Source: Camelus ferus (taxonomy: Eukaryota). Taken from it: a stretch of 64,000 nucleotides of DNA. Under the pieces are notes generated by a model that was not told the DNA's origin, did not search any database, and saw nothing but the letters and a program-made list of their open reading frames with translations. The stretch spans positions 32,612,001-32,676,000 of the forward strand of contig NC_045701.1 in the NCBI RefSeq assembly GCF_009834535.1, read 5' to 3'. Below are positions 63,968 through 64,000 of the stretch, piece by piece. Every line of letters starts with the position of its first letter. Positions within the stretch are counted from its first letter, which is position 1. The translations under genes were made by a program, and so were the position numbers.

Positions 63968-64000
63968 CTGCAGGGAGAACACAGGGACAGGGGAAGATGG

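Overview
Mammalian genomic DNA, very probably camelid, because five copies of a tRNA-Ala-derived SINE resemble the camelid vic-1 family. It is the conserved gene cluster known from human 14q11-12: TGM1 (-, coding exons 2-9, the rest lies left of the window), RABGGTA (-, complete, 567 aa), a ~14 kb intergenic stretch with many old repeats, DHRS1 (-, complete, 313 aa), NOP9 (+, complete, 636 aa), CIDEB (-, complete, 219 aa), LTB4R2 (+, 354 aa), LTB4R (+, 356 aa) and the 3' part of ADCY4 (-). I traced exon boundaries by hand and the phases sum to intact ORFs. I found no new protein-coding gene or new biological system. Best oddities: (1) an ERV 3' end (env tail, U3-R, poly(A)) retroposed by L1 machinery with target-site duplications between LTB4R2 and LTB4R; (2) a RABGGTA start-codon exon whose 3' splice-site architecture ends in GG instead of AG; (3) a GC donor in CIDEB with a competing frameshifting GT 4 nt downstream; (4) an N-gap that covers one ADCY4 exon almost exactly; (5) small stop or frameshift changes at the C-termini of LTB4R2 and ADCY4. 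Comparisons with human or mouse sequences and with repeat consensus sequences come from memory and need alignment to confirm.
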